A stretch of DNA of 64,000 bases from Octopus vulgaris (Eukaryota). Made by a program: the position numbers and the translations under genes. Positions 23,202-35,838 of this stretch are shown in pieces. Under the pieces are notes generated by a model that saw only the letters and a program-made list of their open reading frames with translations, ran no database searches and had not been told where the DNA came from. Numbering within the stretch: the first letter of the stretch is position 1; each line of letters starts with the position of its first letter. The DNA is taken from positions 14,136,001-14,200,000 of the forward strand of contig OX597840.1 of assembly GCA_951406725.2 (NCBI GenBank). Direction: 5' to 3'.

Positions 23202-23645
23202 AATGTGTTGAATAAACTGGTGTCTAAATTATACAAAAATGAAAATAAGACTGATATGTCATTTTAACAGATATATTTACCAAAATTCCATAAAAATATC
23301 TTGAAATACTAAAGAGTAAATTTATTCAATAAAATCACCATTGGCTTCAACCACAGCCTCCAGACGACTTCGGAATCTTCTGCAACTCTTCTGAATATTC
23401 TCCTTGTTTAAGTTGGTGAATGCTGCCAAAATTTTGCCTTCAGTTGATCTTAGGTGTTACAAGGAGTTTTGTTGGACTCTTGCTCAACTGCACCTCACAC
23501 ATAATAATCAAGGGGTTGCAGTCTAGGGTGTTAGGTGGCCAGATGTTAGGGGTGAAGTGATTGCAGAAATTGATTGACAGCCATGATTGGGTTCTCCTGC
23601 TTTGTGTGGCATGATGGAGAGTCCTGTTGCCAGTTTCCCATACAT
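23202..23645 (-). pseudogene. Tc1/mariner (maT/DD37D-like) transposase 3' fragment
   Basis: TPNIWPPNTLDCNPL...KTPCNT...SCRRFRSRLEAVVEANGDFIE; same family as 40731-41798. Confidence 0.85.
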
Positions 23646-23724
23646 ACAAGAAATTTTTTAACTGATGTTTTGTGAAAGTCTCGTACTGCTGCCCCAACCT
23701 GAATAATCTTGCTCTCAAGTAACA

Positions 23725-24400
23725 TCTGGCACTGTCAAGACCCAGAAACTTTCCCACTTGATCTGACATGTTTTGTTAGCTCAGTGGTTTATCGAGCTGA
23801 AATCACCATGATGCTCCAGAATAAGGGAACTTAAAAGGAAAAGTATATTGGTGTATGCAACATGGTTTTAAAGTGAGATATGCTAACAACCAGTTTCCTT
23901 TCTTGCACATGGATGAGAAGAAAATTACTGAGTTAGACACATCTGGGACCTGAAGAACCACTACACACCACACACCATCAAGCGGAACACTGTGAAAAGA
24001 TCCATACCATACCTTAATGCAGTGGTTCCCAAACTTTTACAGGCTGCCACCCCTTTGGCACCCAGACCACATTCTTAGAATATCCCCCACCTCACTACTA
24101 CCACAAACATAGGCTACTTTCTGCAGCAAATTCAAAGCTACTGTATTTCACAAAACTTAAATTAACCCATAATTTTATTGTTTTTATTATCACCCCACTT
24201 TCCTTTAATACATCCACCCCATATCTTTCCTCCCATTTTTGGGAACCAATGCTTTAATGGATCAAAGAGATGCAATCTTTGTTTTTGCCAAAAGATCTTG
24301 TATCCTTTTCTGATATAAGTTTACTGATCTACTAAATTCTAGATCTCAAAGTTTTATTAAATGTAAGCATCTGGAAAACTTTCTTTTATCAAACTGAAGA
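23725..24400 (+). pseudogene. Naiad-type PLE GIY-YIG endonuclease relic interrupted by a hAT MITE
   Basis: Disrupted frames: HCQDPETFPLDLTCFVSSVVYRAEIT, KYIGVCN, FKVRYAN, HIWDLKN, [MITE], NGSKRCNLC, LLNSRSQSFIKCKH; colinear with the protein at 55075-55521. Confidence 0.75.
24020..24251. mobile_element. hAT (Charlie-like) MITE
   Basis: TIR cagtggttcccaaa / tttgggaaccaatg; 8-bp TSD ccttaatg / ctttaatg. Confidence 0.85.
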
Positions 24401-24734
24401 ACACCATCCTCTCCAGATTATGCATTCATTCTCACAAACTTTGGCCTTCTTCCTGTCGAATAAATCTACATCAATGGGCCAAAGAAAGGCATCACTTAAT
24501 TTTCTAAATTTCCATTTTTTCTCATTCTACTTTTATTTTATCTTCCTCTTATTCTTCTTTGTATTTTCTAAGACCATCATCTTTTGTTTTTGTTTTGAAA
24601 AATCCCAGCTCATGTCGTATACCCAAGTTCAAAAAACCTCCTTAGAAATACAAGGCATGCCATACAAGCTTGCCCAACAATTGTGTATTCACAGCATGAA
24701 ACAAATAGTAGCTCAAACTTAAATACTGTATATA

Positions 24735-24940
24735 TTCTTTTCTGCTCTAGGCACAAGGCCTGAACATTTTTTGGGGAGGGGACCTGTTGATTAGATCACA
24801 ACTGGCACTTAGTTTATCGACCCCAAAGGGATGAAAGGCAAAGTCGACCTCGGTGGAATTTGAACTCAGAATGCAAAGGCAGACGAAATACCGCTAAGCT
24901 ATTCGCCCAGCATGCTAACGTTTCTGCCAGCTGATCACCT
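24735..24940 (-). mobile_element. SINE family B
   Basis: gatgaaaggcaaagtcgacctcggtggaatttgaactcagaa...tttctgccagct. Confidence 0.85.
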
Positions 24941-25044
24941 TATTACTGTGTATATTAAATGATAAATGTATGTAATATATGTGTGTGTGTGTATATATAT
25001 ATATCTACATATATATATACACACACACACTCACACACATGTAT

Positions 25045-25265
25045 TCAAAATGTGACCGCATGTGTATTGTTGGCGATTTTTTTTTTTTTTCCTCTGTCTT
25101 CCCTTCCTTGGATCTTTCCTTTTCCTATGTTTCTGACAAAGAGCTCCTCTCGAAACGTTAAACCCTCCTTCTTCCCTTCCTTTCCTGAGCGTCCAATAAC
25201 ACGATACTTGTTCCACGTCCACGCATTGTTGTGTTTTCTCTTTGTGTTTTCATGTTTGGATTAAC
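25045..25265 (+). mobile_element. PLE pseudo-LTR fragment H1 with hammerhead at 25129-25163
   Basis: gttt CTGACAA a gagc tcc tctc GAAAC GTT aaac (G8>A lesion). Confidence 0.75.
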
Positions 25266-25505
25266 AATATATGTATATATATATATGTGCGTGTGTGTAT
25301 ATATATTATATATGCACGTATGCATGTGTATGTGTGTATTTATGCATATATTTACATGTACAGATATTGATACCAATAGTGTATATATATGTACCTCCTC
25401 ATACATATTCATATACATATGCACTAACTCATTTACTATATATATATGTTTTGATATTAATACCTGCTATATGTATATGTGTTTGTGTATATACATATGT
25501 ATGTG

Positions 25506-25543
<38 letters not shown>

Positions 25544-25799
25544 AACACACTTATATAGTTTTCAGTATGTAATTATCAATCTAACGAAGCTAATATATGG
25601 CATTAACGTGGTAATTATAGTTACAGCTTTTATGAGGCCAGAACCTGGTGATGAAAGGGAATCAGAGAGGGGTAGGTGTGCAGGTCGGGGGCTAGATTAA
25701 CCCTCCAACACTCTTACATCAGATTGACTATAGGCAATAGTATGAGTGAGAGGAGGAGGAGGGGGGGAGGTTTTATCTTTCATCTTTTGTTGGTTTACT

Positions 25800-26113
25800 T
25801 TAGAAGAAGGGCCTGTGCTGAAGGCCCTTACAGCTCCTCTAGGAGAACACTAACCACACTGTTTTAAAAAGTAGCAAGCTGAAAGTTACAAGGATAAAAG
25901 GGACAAGATAGGGATTTAAGGGACACAATGTTCAGGAGGGGAATGATTATGGATAATGGAGAGTGCTGTGCCTGATGCAAAATAGGGGTAGACATGATGA
26001 TGGGAGGAGGGGGTGCATGTTAAGTGGAAGCAGGAGGTATCGGAGTGTTGGTAGCCCAACAGTGGCCATCCATCCTGTTCAAGCAGTATGTAGGACTTAG
26101 TGAGACAACAGCA
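25800..26113 (-). pseudogene. Possible degenerate CR1-group LINE 3' end
   Basis: Weak similarity of the minus-strand translation (DGHC...PP...HHHVYP...SFP) to CR1-group C-termini. Confidence 0.3.
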
Positions 26114-26134
26114 TTCTTTTATCTTTCTAATTTT

Positions 26135-26353
26135 TTTTTACTTGTATCAGTCATCAGACTGCAGCCATGCTGGGGCACCGCCTTGAACAATTTTGATTGG
26201 ACGAATTGACCCCAGTACTTTTTTTTTAAATCTTTTAAGCTTGGTACTTTTTCTGTCAGTCAATTTTGCTGAACTGCTAAGTTACAGGGATGTAAACACC
26301 AACACCAATTGTCAAGTGGTGGTTGTGGGGAAGAAACATTAACACACACACGC

Positions 26354-26416
<63 letters not shown>

Positions 26417-26572
26417 GGGTCTTTCAGTTTCTGTCTACCAAATCCATTCATAAGGCTTTGGTTAGTCTCAGACTATGGTAGGAGACACTTACCTAAGGTG
26501 CCATGCAGTGGGACTGAACCCTGAATCATGTGGTTGGGAAGCAAGCTTCTTAACTCAGAGCCACTCCTGTTC
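26135..26572 (-). mobile_element. SINE family A
   Basis: Full-length reverse-complement homolog with expanded (CA)n. Confidence 0.88.
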
Positions 26573-26800
26573 CTAGCATGTCTGTACTTCAGAGAGTGGA
26601 GTGTGACAGTGAGTAACTTCATGTCTGTCAGTGGAGCCCACCAAATGGCTTATTAACTGATTTAATGTTATTTATTCTGTAATGCACAGGAGATGGAAAT
26701 TGCTCCATGGCCTTTGTAGAAACTATCCTGAAGGAGTTGAATTAATCAGAGACAGTAAGGGGAAATAAACCCACAATGTGTCCCCTTATCCAGAAACTTC

Positions 26801-27125
26801 CTGGCACCCTGTCGGTTATGATGATGAGGGTTCCAGTTGTTCCAATCAACGGAACAGCTTGCTCCTGAAATTAACATGCAAATGGCTGAACCCTTCACTG
26901 ACACATGTACCCTTAATGTAGTTCTCGGGGAGATTCAGTGTGACACAGAATATGACAAGGCTGGCCCCTTTTGAAATACAGGAACAAATCATTTTCGCCA
27001 GCTAAGAGGACTGGAGCAACATGAAAAAAGGGTCTTCCTCAAGGACACAATGCATCGCTGGGAATTGAACTCACAACCCTGCAATTGTGAGATTAATATC
27101 TTAACCAATAAGCCATGTGCCTTCA
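26801..27125 (-). mobile_element. SINE family D head with family C-type tail
   Basis: Homologous to 9860-10170 and 52400-52730. Confidence 0.8.
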
Positions 27126-27235
27126 CCATCCTGAACCTATGTAAACCATTACATCCATTCTTTCTTCCAGAATGTTAACCCCTTCCTTCTGGAATTTCAT
27201 TCAGGTATTCCTCCAGGAATACCTGGATTTCATTC

Positions 27236-27567
27236 AGGTGCATGGCTTAGAGGTTAGAGCATCGAGCTTATGATTGTGAAGTTGTGAGTTCAAATCCCGG
27301 ACCGGGCTGCATGTTGTGTTCTTGAGCAAGACACTTTATTTCATTTTGCTCCAGTTTACTCAGCTGTAGAAATGAGTTATGCATCATTGGTGCCAAGCTG
27401 TATCAGCCTTTGCCTTTCCCTTGGATAACATCAGTGATGTGGAGAGGGGAGGCTGGTATGCATGGGCGACTGCCAGTCTTCTGTAAAAACAATCTTGCCC
27501 AGACTTGTGCCTGGGAGGGTAACTTTCTAGGTGCAATCCCATGGTCATTCATGACCGAAGGGGGTCT
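27236..27567 (+). mobile_element. SINE family D (third tail variant)
   Basis: Homologous to 22247-22552; B box gagttcaaatccc. Confidence 0.8.
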
Positions 27568-27705
27568 CAGCAGATTCCTACAGTATTTTTCGGCACATGA
27601 ATTGCTTTAATCTCACCAGTCTCAGAGCTCTTGTGAATGTCATGGTCTTTCATTCTGGTCTTTCTTCTTAATTAAACCATACCCTCTCCCACACAAATAT
27701 GCAAT

Positions 27706-27912
27706 TACTCTTTTACTTGTTTCAGTCATTTAGACTGCAGCCATGCTGGAGCGCACTGCCTTTAGTTGAAAAAATCAAGCCCAGAGCTTATTCTTTGTAA
27801 GCCTAGTACTCATTCTATCCGTCTCTTTTGTCGAACTGCTAAGTTAAAGGGGCATAAACACACCAGTATTGGTTGTCAAGCAAAGGTGGGAGAGACAACG
27901 ACAGATACACGC

Positions 27913-27964
<52 letters not shown>

Positions 27965-28095
27965 GATGGTCTTCTTTCAGTTTCTGTCTACCAAATCCAC
28001 TCACAAGGCTTTGGTTGGCCCGAAGCTATAGAAGAAGACACTTGCCCAAGGTACCATGCATTGGGACTGAACCCAGAACTATGTGCTTTGTAAGT
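27706..28095 (-). mobile_element. SINE family A, slightly 5'-truncated
   Basis: Homology to other family A copies. Confidence 0.85.
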
Positions 28096-28399
28096 AATTG
28101 CGCCAAATAATGTTTTTGCTGTTTATATCCAGGTTGGTTATGATTTAACTGGTTTATTATCGAAGATGTTTCAACTGTGACCATTCTGTCATTTTCTTTT
28201 GTCATTAGTACAGTCCCAAAGATTTTCAAGTGCGTGTGTGTGTGTGTGTTTGACTTTTTTTAAAGACAGTAAGGTGTGATTTGATAGGGATTTATCTACT
28301 ATTATATATTTACTACAGATTGCTTGAAGCTAACTTTCTTCCTACACCTCGATCCATAGATCTTATACTGACATATAAATATATATATGTTTATATATA

Positions 28400-28781
28400 T
28401 ATATATATATATATAAATTTGTTCTATCTGTCTGTGTGTGTGTCTTCTAGGATCTCGGGCATCCTCCATCCGATTGCTCTCAAATTTAATATGTAGATAC
28501 CGACTTTGTCAGGGTGTGTATAAATCTTGAAAAAATTACAAAAGTCGATTCCAGGTGAGAATGCGATCGATAAATCTGTGGGAACAAGCATTTGAAAAAT
28601 CGTTTTTCTTTGAATAGAAAAAAGTCTATCTTTATTTCTTCTTTTGCTGGTGTCTCAAATTTAGGTTAAATCAGTGTTTCTCAAAGGGGAGGCCTATGGG
28701 ACAGTCGGACAAGTTGTTTTGAGAAAATTTGGTATGTTTGACAACTCAGCACCATCCATTGGACGGGGGAGTGTTTTGCTC

Positions 28782-28782
<1 letters not shown>
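28400..28782 (+). mobile_element. Non-autonomous Lep1-like Helitron, degenerate
   Basis: 5' (TA)n-aaa with a (CTGT)-like tract; 3' hairpin (ccatcc/ggacgg) followed by ctcg (CTRR-like) then T. Confidence 0.5.
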
Positions 28783-28826
<44 letters not shown>

Positions 28827-28929
28827 CATACATACATATATATATATATATGTACACATACACATGTGTTCATGCATCTCCCCATGTCTTGACATCATGT
28901 AATGGTTGTGAACTAGCACCACTATCATA

Positions 28930-29999
28930 CAGGGTGTCCCAGAGTTAACTATCCATTTCAGTGAAGTTGGACAGTTTTTTTTAAAAACTCACTTTCATTT
29001 ATGCTTATCATGTTTAATATGTGTTAAAAGTGCATAAATTTTGAATTTTGTCTATAATTTCATAATTTTTTATAATTTGTTTTATAATTATATTTTCATT
29101 CCTATTAGATCCTTCTTCTCTGTCCAGAACAGATTTCCTTGTTCAACTTGACTTCAATCATTTTCTCTACCTTGAGGATTAAGATGGAGCAATAGTTTAG
29201 CTGAACTTCAGAATACATTCAGTTAGCAGTGCAGAAGATAACTTCTGAAATGCTTGAAAATGCGTTTTGCAGCCCTAAGGCAAGATCTGAAGTTTGCAGG
29301 AAAACAGACGGAGCACATGTTGAAAATTTGCAATAAAGTTTTGGCTTAATATTTATAAATCTATTTGTTTTAGTATCATAATTAAGTTACAAACATAAAA
29401 TTCTGTCAGTTTTGTAAAACTTTTTCCGATTTCATTGAATTAAAATCAGGGCTTGCCAAAAGGGGTATGAGGGATTTCCTAAGGGTTGGTGAGGAATTAC
29501 TGGGGGTCGATGATAGCCAAGGGGTCAAATGGAGGTCGGTATGTGAAAGACCAGTTCACCCATATGAACTGCTTGAAATACTCAGTCAGTGCCATGAAAC
29601 GTAGAAAAACAGGATGCATTTTTCACATTTTCTAACCATGAAAACAATTTCATAAAAATTGAAAGTTTAATGCTGTTTCCTCGTACATGTATTTTTGAAC
29701 ATACAAAAGTGCGTCATCTTCAATAGAATTTCTTGATTTGTCGTACATATATGTTTTAGCTAACATTTTAATTGCTAGCATCAGTACCTGGTACAAGATA
29801 TGGTCCGGTAAGGTAGGGTGTTAAGATAGTTTAAATGAGGAGGGTGGTCGATGTGGAAGGTGAAGTGGTTAAAGGGGATTAATGTGGAAGGAGAATTGGC
29901 TAAAGAGGGTCGATACAAAAGGAAAAGTGGCTAAAAGGGATCGATGGTTGAGAAAGTTTGGCGACCCCTGAAATAGATAATTAATTCTGGGACACCCTG
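28930..29999 (+). mobile_element. Tc1/mariner deletion derivative with TIRs and TA TSD
   Basis: ta|cagggtgtcccagagttaactatccattt ... aaatagataattaattctgggacaccctg|ta; transposase C-terminal relic IQLAVQKITSEMLENAF...VCRKTDGAHVENLQ* at about 29200-29335. Confidence 0.88.
29447..29970. mobile_element. hAT-like MITE nested in the right TIR of the mariner element
   Basis: Ends cagggcttgccaaa / tttggcgacccctg; the mariner TIR sequence resumes on the far side (29400-29440). TSD not clear. Confidence 0.65.
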
Positions 30000-30193
30000 T
30001 ATAAGCAATGTTGTTTCCAATTTTCCATGGAAAGCATGTTTAGTTATGGGAAAAATTTACTTTGTTCGGAAACAGGTAAGGATTAGTGACTGGAGGGTAA
30101 ATGGCAATAGAAAATCTGCCTCGACAAATTCCGTCCGACTCTTGCAAATTTAGAAAAGTGGACATCAGGTGATGGTGATATATATATATAAAA

Positions 30194-30400
30194 AGGCAGT
30201 GAGCTGGCAGAATTGTTGGCACGCTGGACGAAATGCTTAACAGTAATTCGCCCACCACTACGTTTTGAGTTCAAATTCTGACTTAGCTTTTCATCTTTTC
30301 AAGGTCAATTAAATAAGTACTAATTATGCAATGGGGTCGATGTAATCGACTTAATCCCTTCTCCCAAATCTGAGACCTTGTGCTTCCAGTAGAAAGGATA
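30194..30400 (+). mobile_element. SINE family B
   Basis: ggcagtgagctggcagaattgttgg...gagttcaaattc. Confidence 0.8.
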
Positions 30401-30509
30401 TAGGTATATGAATACACACACACACAGACGCACACACATGCACACACACACATGCACACACACACACATGCACACACACACATGCACACACACACATGCA
30501 CACACATAC

Positions 30510-30910
30510 ACTGCATGGCACCTTGGGCAAGTGTCATCTACTTATAGCCTCAGGCCGACCAAAGCCTTGTGGGTGGATTTGGTAGACAGAAACTGAAAGA
30601 TGCCCATCATATACATATACACTCACACACACTTATGTGTGTGTGTGTGTGTGTGTGTGTGCATGCATGTGTCTGTGCCCATGTGTCTGTACCTATGTGT
30701 CTGTGTTTGTCCCCCACCACTATTTCACAACTGGTGTGGGTGTGTTTACATTACCTTAACCTAGCAGTTCAGCAAAAGACACTGATAGACTAAGTATCAT
30801 GCTTTAAAAGTAAAAAAAAGGGTACTAGTGTCAATATACGAGACTAAAAACACTTCAAAGTGGTGCTCCAGCATGGCCATAGTCTAATGACTGAAACAAA
30901 AGATAAAAGA
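30510..30910 (+). mobile_element. SINE family A, 5'-truncated
   Basis: ggcaccttgggcaagtgtc...ggtgctccagcatggcc...gactgaaacaaa. Confidence 0.85.
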
Positions 30911-30921
30911 TATACATATGG

Positions 30922-30954
<33 letters not shown>

Positions 30955-31050
30955 ATAACAAAGGGTAAGATTAATTAATTAAGAAGTAATCGTTAATTTC
31001 ACCAAGTAGAATTCGGCATGAAAAAGACCATTTCATGGTAAGCTTAAGTA

Positions 31051-31176
31051 ATACTTTATAATTAGGGTTCAGCAATGATTTAAAAGTAGAAGGAATAGCT
31101 AAGATCTTTTGACTGCTAGTTCTAAACGTCGGTATATGGTGAAGCAAATCGTTGCTGAACCCTATTTATAAAGTAT
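31051..31176. repeat. 31-bp inverted repeat in an insertion between microsatellites
   Basis: Arms 31051-31081 and 31146-31176, 2 mismatches. Confidence 0.85.
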
Positions 31177-31228
31177 ATAAATATATATATATATATATAT
31201 AATATAAAGTTCGATAAGGTCTATTCAT

Positions 31229-31289
31229 GAGATTACCCTGGGTTTCCCGTCCATAAAGCCCTTACCTTCACATCATATCATCAGATCCC
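31229..31289 (-). ncRNA. Type I hammerhead motif (family H3), stem II disrupted
   Basis: gggat CTGATGA ... GAAAC cc a gg GTA atctc; stems I and III pair. Confidence 0.6.
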
Positions 31290-31589
31290 AAAACCTGTTC
31301 CCTTAATGCCTCTCCAGTGAGTGGCCTCTCTAGGATATGGAGGAGAAAAGGACCTCACAAGTCAGTGCCAACAACAGGGGATTCTCCCTTTGGCTCTTGA
31401 ATGCAAATGACCCATATCTAACTTCCTTTATATTATACACTGCTCCATAACTTAGAGTGTGCTTCTTTTTCGGATTTGTGTTATACATACACACATACAC
31501 ACACATAAGTTGTATATGTGCATACATATATATGTGTATATATATAAATGGATGAATGAATTATCCTTTGTTTACCGTTAACATGCAAA

Positions 31590-31593
31590 ATTC

Positions 31594-31625
<32 letters not shown>

Positions 31626-31766
31626 ATGTATGTATGTATGTATATGTATGTATGTATGTATGTATGTATATGTATGTATGTATATGTATGTATATGTATG
31701 TATATGTATATGTATGTATATGTATATGTATGTATGTATATGTATGTATATGTATATGTATGTATG

Positions 31767-31800
<34 letters not shown>

Positions 31801-32807
31801 TGTATGTATATATATATGTATGTATATATATATGTATGTATATATATATGTATGTATATGTATATATATATGTATGTATATATATATATGTATGTATATA
31901 TATATATATATGTATGTATATATATATATATATGTATGTATATATATATGTATGTATATATATATATATGTATGTATATATATATGTATGTATATATATA
32001 TGTATGTATATATATATATATGTATGTATGTATATGTATGTATGTATGTGTATATGTATGTATGTATGTGTATATGTATGTATGTATGTGTATATGTATG
32101 TATGTATATATGTATGTATATATGTATGTATTTGTGTGTATATTTGTATAGATGTATATGTGTGTGTGTGTGTGTATACATACAGAGGCACACATAGCAT
32201 TGAACTGGCTTTGGGGCTTGTTTTTCCCTTTGGCATTTACATTGGAAAATTAACACATTAATAACAGCCGATATTTAAAAAGAATATTTATTTAGCAGAG
32301 GCGAAGGGTGAGGGGGGAAAACGAAAAGAGAGAAGAGAAACGATACAACTGGAAACAGGAGTGGGAGGGTCGATGTCTGTGGCCTTTGGAAACCCCATTC
32401 CATTAGTCTATTGACATTATATATGGTAGATTGAAACCTGTTGAAGCCTGTTGATGCAGAAAGATAATTGCTGAAGGCTGCACTTCTGTTGAGAAGGCGA
32501 GATTAAGAGAGGATCATTTAATACAAGTGATCAGAGGTGGTGTGTGTGTGTGTGTGTACATATATATATGAATATACACACACACGTATATATATATACA
32601 CACACGTATATATATATATGTACACACACGCACACATATATTATACATATGTATATATACATATATATATATATATTTGTATGTATGCATATGTGTATTT
32701 ATGTTTATATGCATGCATATATATATATATATGTATCCATATATATATTTAGATATGTGTATATATATATATATATGTATGTATATATATATATATATAT
32801 ATGTATG

Positions 32808-32840
<33 letters not shown>

Positions 32841-32899
32841 ATATATATATATATATGTATGTATATATGTATGTATATATATATATATATGTATGTATG

Positions 32900-32930
<31 letters not shown>

Positions 32931-32939
32931 ATATATATG

Positions 32940-32971
<32 letters not shown>

Positions 32972-33077
32972 TGTATGTATGTATATATATATATATATAT
33001 ATATATACATACATGCATATATATATATGCTCTGCATGTATATGTATATCTATCTATCTATCTCTCTCTCTCTCTTG

Positions 33078-33124
<47 letters not shown>

Positions 33125-33125
33125 A
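31590..33125. repeat. Two long (TATG)/(TA) microsatellite tracts (31590-32180, 32540-33125)
   Basis: Directly visible. Confidence 0.95.
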
Positions 33126-34564
33126 GAATGCATATGCGTATATGTGTGTGTATATACACACATCTATGTTTGTATGTACATAAATACGTGTTTGTATACA
33201 CACCCAGAAGTCGAATTAGCTTGCATACGATATATAAACACCAGCATTTTTACTTTTTATTTTGTTTTATTTTTGTTTTATGTATTTTTAATGCTACCTT
33301 TGCTTTTTTTTTATTATTTCTGTTTTGAATATGTTTTACTGTAGATATATTGGTTTATAAATATTATGTTCTGAAATGGCACCATATAATGGTAATTCTG
33401 TTCAATTGTCTGGACATACGTAGAGAAATTGCATGTGATGGCATATGCTTCTTGTAGCATGGAAGACAAGACATTAGGCCAGCTATTCTGGACTTCCTGA
33501 ACCATGATAGCTTGTAGAGTTGGTTGGAATAATATATATGGTTTTGGGATGTGAGTAAGGCTGTGGTGAGGGTTTGGGCAATGTGAGGGAGAATTATCAG
33601 AAGAGAGAGATCAGATGTACTCCAAGCAACTCAGCTGAGCTTGGTTATTGGCCAGTTTATATTAATTCTGTGTATGCGTGTGTGTGCATGCATGTATGAG
33701 TGTGAATATGTGTTTGTATATGTATGTGTGTATGTCGACACATAAGCACACACACACAAATATCAATTTTTTCATATTCTTACATCCGTTTTTTTCCTTA
33801 CTATCATGAATGAGACAAATATTATTTAGAACCAGATACCTTTCCTGTTGCTTACCCTTGTCTGTTTTACAAGTAAAGAATCTCATAATTCACCTGACTT
33901 TGAAAGTAAAGTCAGAAGATGTGTTGCAATCTGATAAAATTTTCCATGAATTTATTGCCAATTATTCACTGTCCTGTTGCTGTCATTTATATGCCTCTTG
34001 CATATTTTCCCCATTTTTATTCTTGTTTTTTCCCCCTCTCACTGTAACATTCTCCATATTTTCCACTCTTAGCCCCTCTCACTTTCATTCTCTCTCTCTC
34101 CTCTTCATCATCACTGTTGCTCCTGCTTTTCCTATCTACCTATTTTCTCATCCATATTTCCTATGAACCCCATACCAACCTAATACAACAGTTTTTCTCC
34201 CTTTATCGATCAGGTTGTAATTGGACATAATTCCTGATTTTGGTTTCCATCTGTGCTAGAATCCCTTCTATTTGTCAAACGACAAAATCTCTTTTATGTT
34301 AAGTCATAATACTCTATATTTGTTTGTCTGTATTGTTTTGTTTGAGTTGTAATTTTGTGTTTTAAGTAGCAAGACTGTCACGTAGTGTCTTCAACCCTAT
34401 CAATTATTTATAATGACTAGTGCTAACCAGAGGAGTGGTCCCATGTTTTCTAGTATTGAAACCATTATGTTTCCTAATAACACAGCTGACAAGGGAATTT
34501 CGTACATGTTTATTGACCATTTCATTAATTGTCATCCATGACATCTCACTTCCATGTGTGTATG

Positions 34565-34611
<47 letters not shown>

Positions 34612-34877
34612 TAGAGAGAGAGAAATTGATAGATACATACAGATATAATTACATACACACACAAATATATTTTATATCATAAACAGTAATAGAAGTTCCG
34701 TTGTGCAGTTCTCTGATTATCAGAGGATCTGCATGGTGAACCTTCTGCATACAAGATAGCTGTCCCTTTTGAATTAAAGTTTATATATACTTCAGTTTGT
34801 ATTGAGTTTTATATCAAGTAATGCTTAAGCACTGTATACAGCATGTGTGTGTGTGTGTTTATAATAACAGAAACAAA

Positions 34878-35247
34878 TCATCATCATCATTTAGCGTCCG
34901 CTTTCCATGCTTTAACTGGGGTCTGTGAAGCCGGAAGGCTTCATCAGGCCCAGTCAGATTTGGCAGTGTTCCTACGGCTGGATGCCCTTCCTAACGCCAA
35001 CCACTCCGTGAGTGTAGTGGGTGCTTTTTACGTGCCACCTGCACAGGTGCCAGACAGAGCTGGCAAACGGCCACAAATGGATGGTGTTTTTACATGCCAC
35101 CGGCACGGGGGCCAGGCGAGGCTGGCAACGGACATGAACGGATGGTGCTTTTACGTGCTACCGGCACGGGGGCCAGGCGAGGCTGGCAACGGACACGAGC
35201 GGATGGTGCTTTTACGTGCCAACGGCACGGGGGCCAGGTGAGGCTGG
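34878..35247 (-). mobile_element. Family E retroposon with tandem ~61-bp 5' modules
   Basis: (cat)n tail at 34878; module ccggcacggggccaggcgaggctggcaacgg...gtgcttttacgtgcca repeated about three times. Confidence 0.88.
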
Positions 35248-35384
35248 AGATAGATTTTAAGTTTATTCTGTATATTCTTACACACATTTCATGAATGAAA
35301 AATTGTTGTGCAAGAAAATACCCACAATCAGATTACATCATCAAATCATCAAAGATTGTATAATAAATGAAAAATAACACAAAA

Positions 35385-35600
35385 GCAGCCAGCTGGAAGA
35401 ATTGTTAGCATGCTGGATGAAATGCTTAGTGGTATTTCGCGTGTCTTCACGTTCTGAGTTCAAATTCCGCTGAGGTCGATTTTTGCCTTTCATCCTTTTG
35501 GCATCAATAAAATAAATACCAGTTGAACACTGGGGTTAATGTAATCAATTTAGCCCTTACTCTGAAATTGCTGGCCTTGTGCCAAAATTTGGAATCAATA
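35385..35600 (+). mobile_element. SINE family B
   Basis: Homology to other family B copies. Confidence 0.8.
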
Positions 35601-35838
35601 TTAGCAATTTGACAGAATCATCGTTTCTACCAGACTGATTTTATTTCATCTTTATGCCAATGTTCCCTAATGTCCCTGTTTTACATCAACTGTGATGTGA
35701 ACACATACAATCCTTTGAAGGTGGTGTTGCTCCAGCCTTGGCACGGTTCATTTACTGAAAATAGTCAAACAATAAAGAAAAACAGATTGAAACATTTATA
35801 CATGTAAATGATAAGAAAATAGATTGGATTCAGAACAT

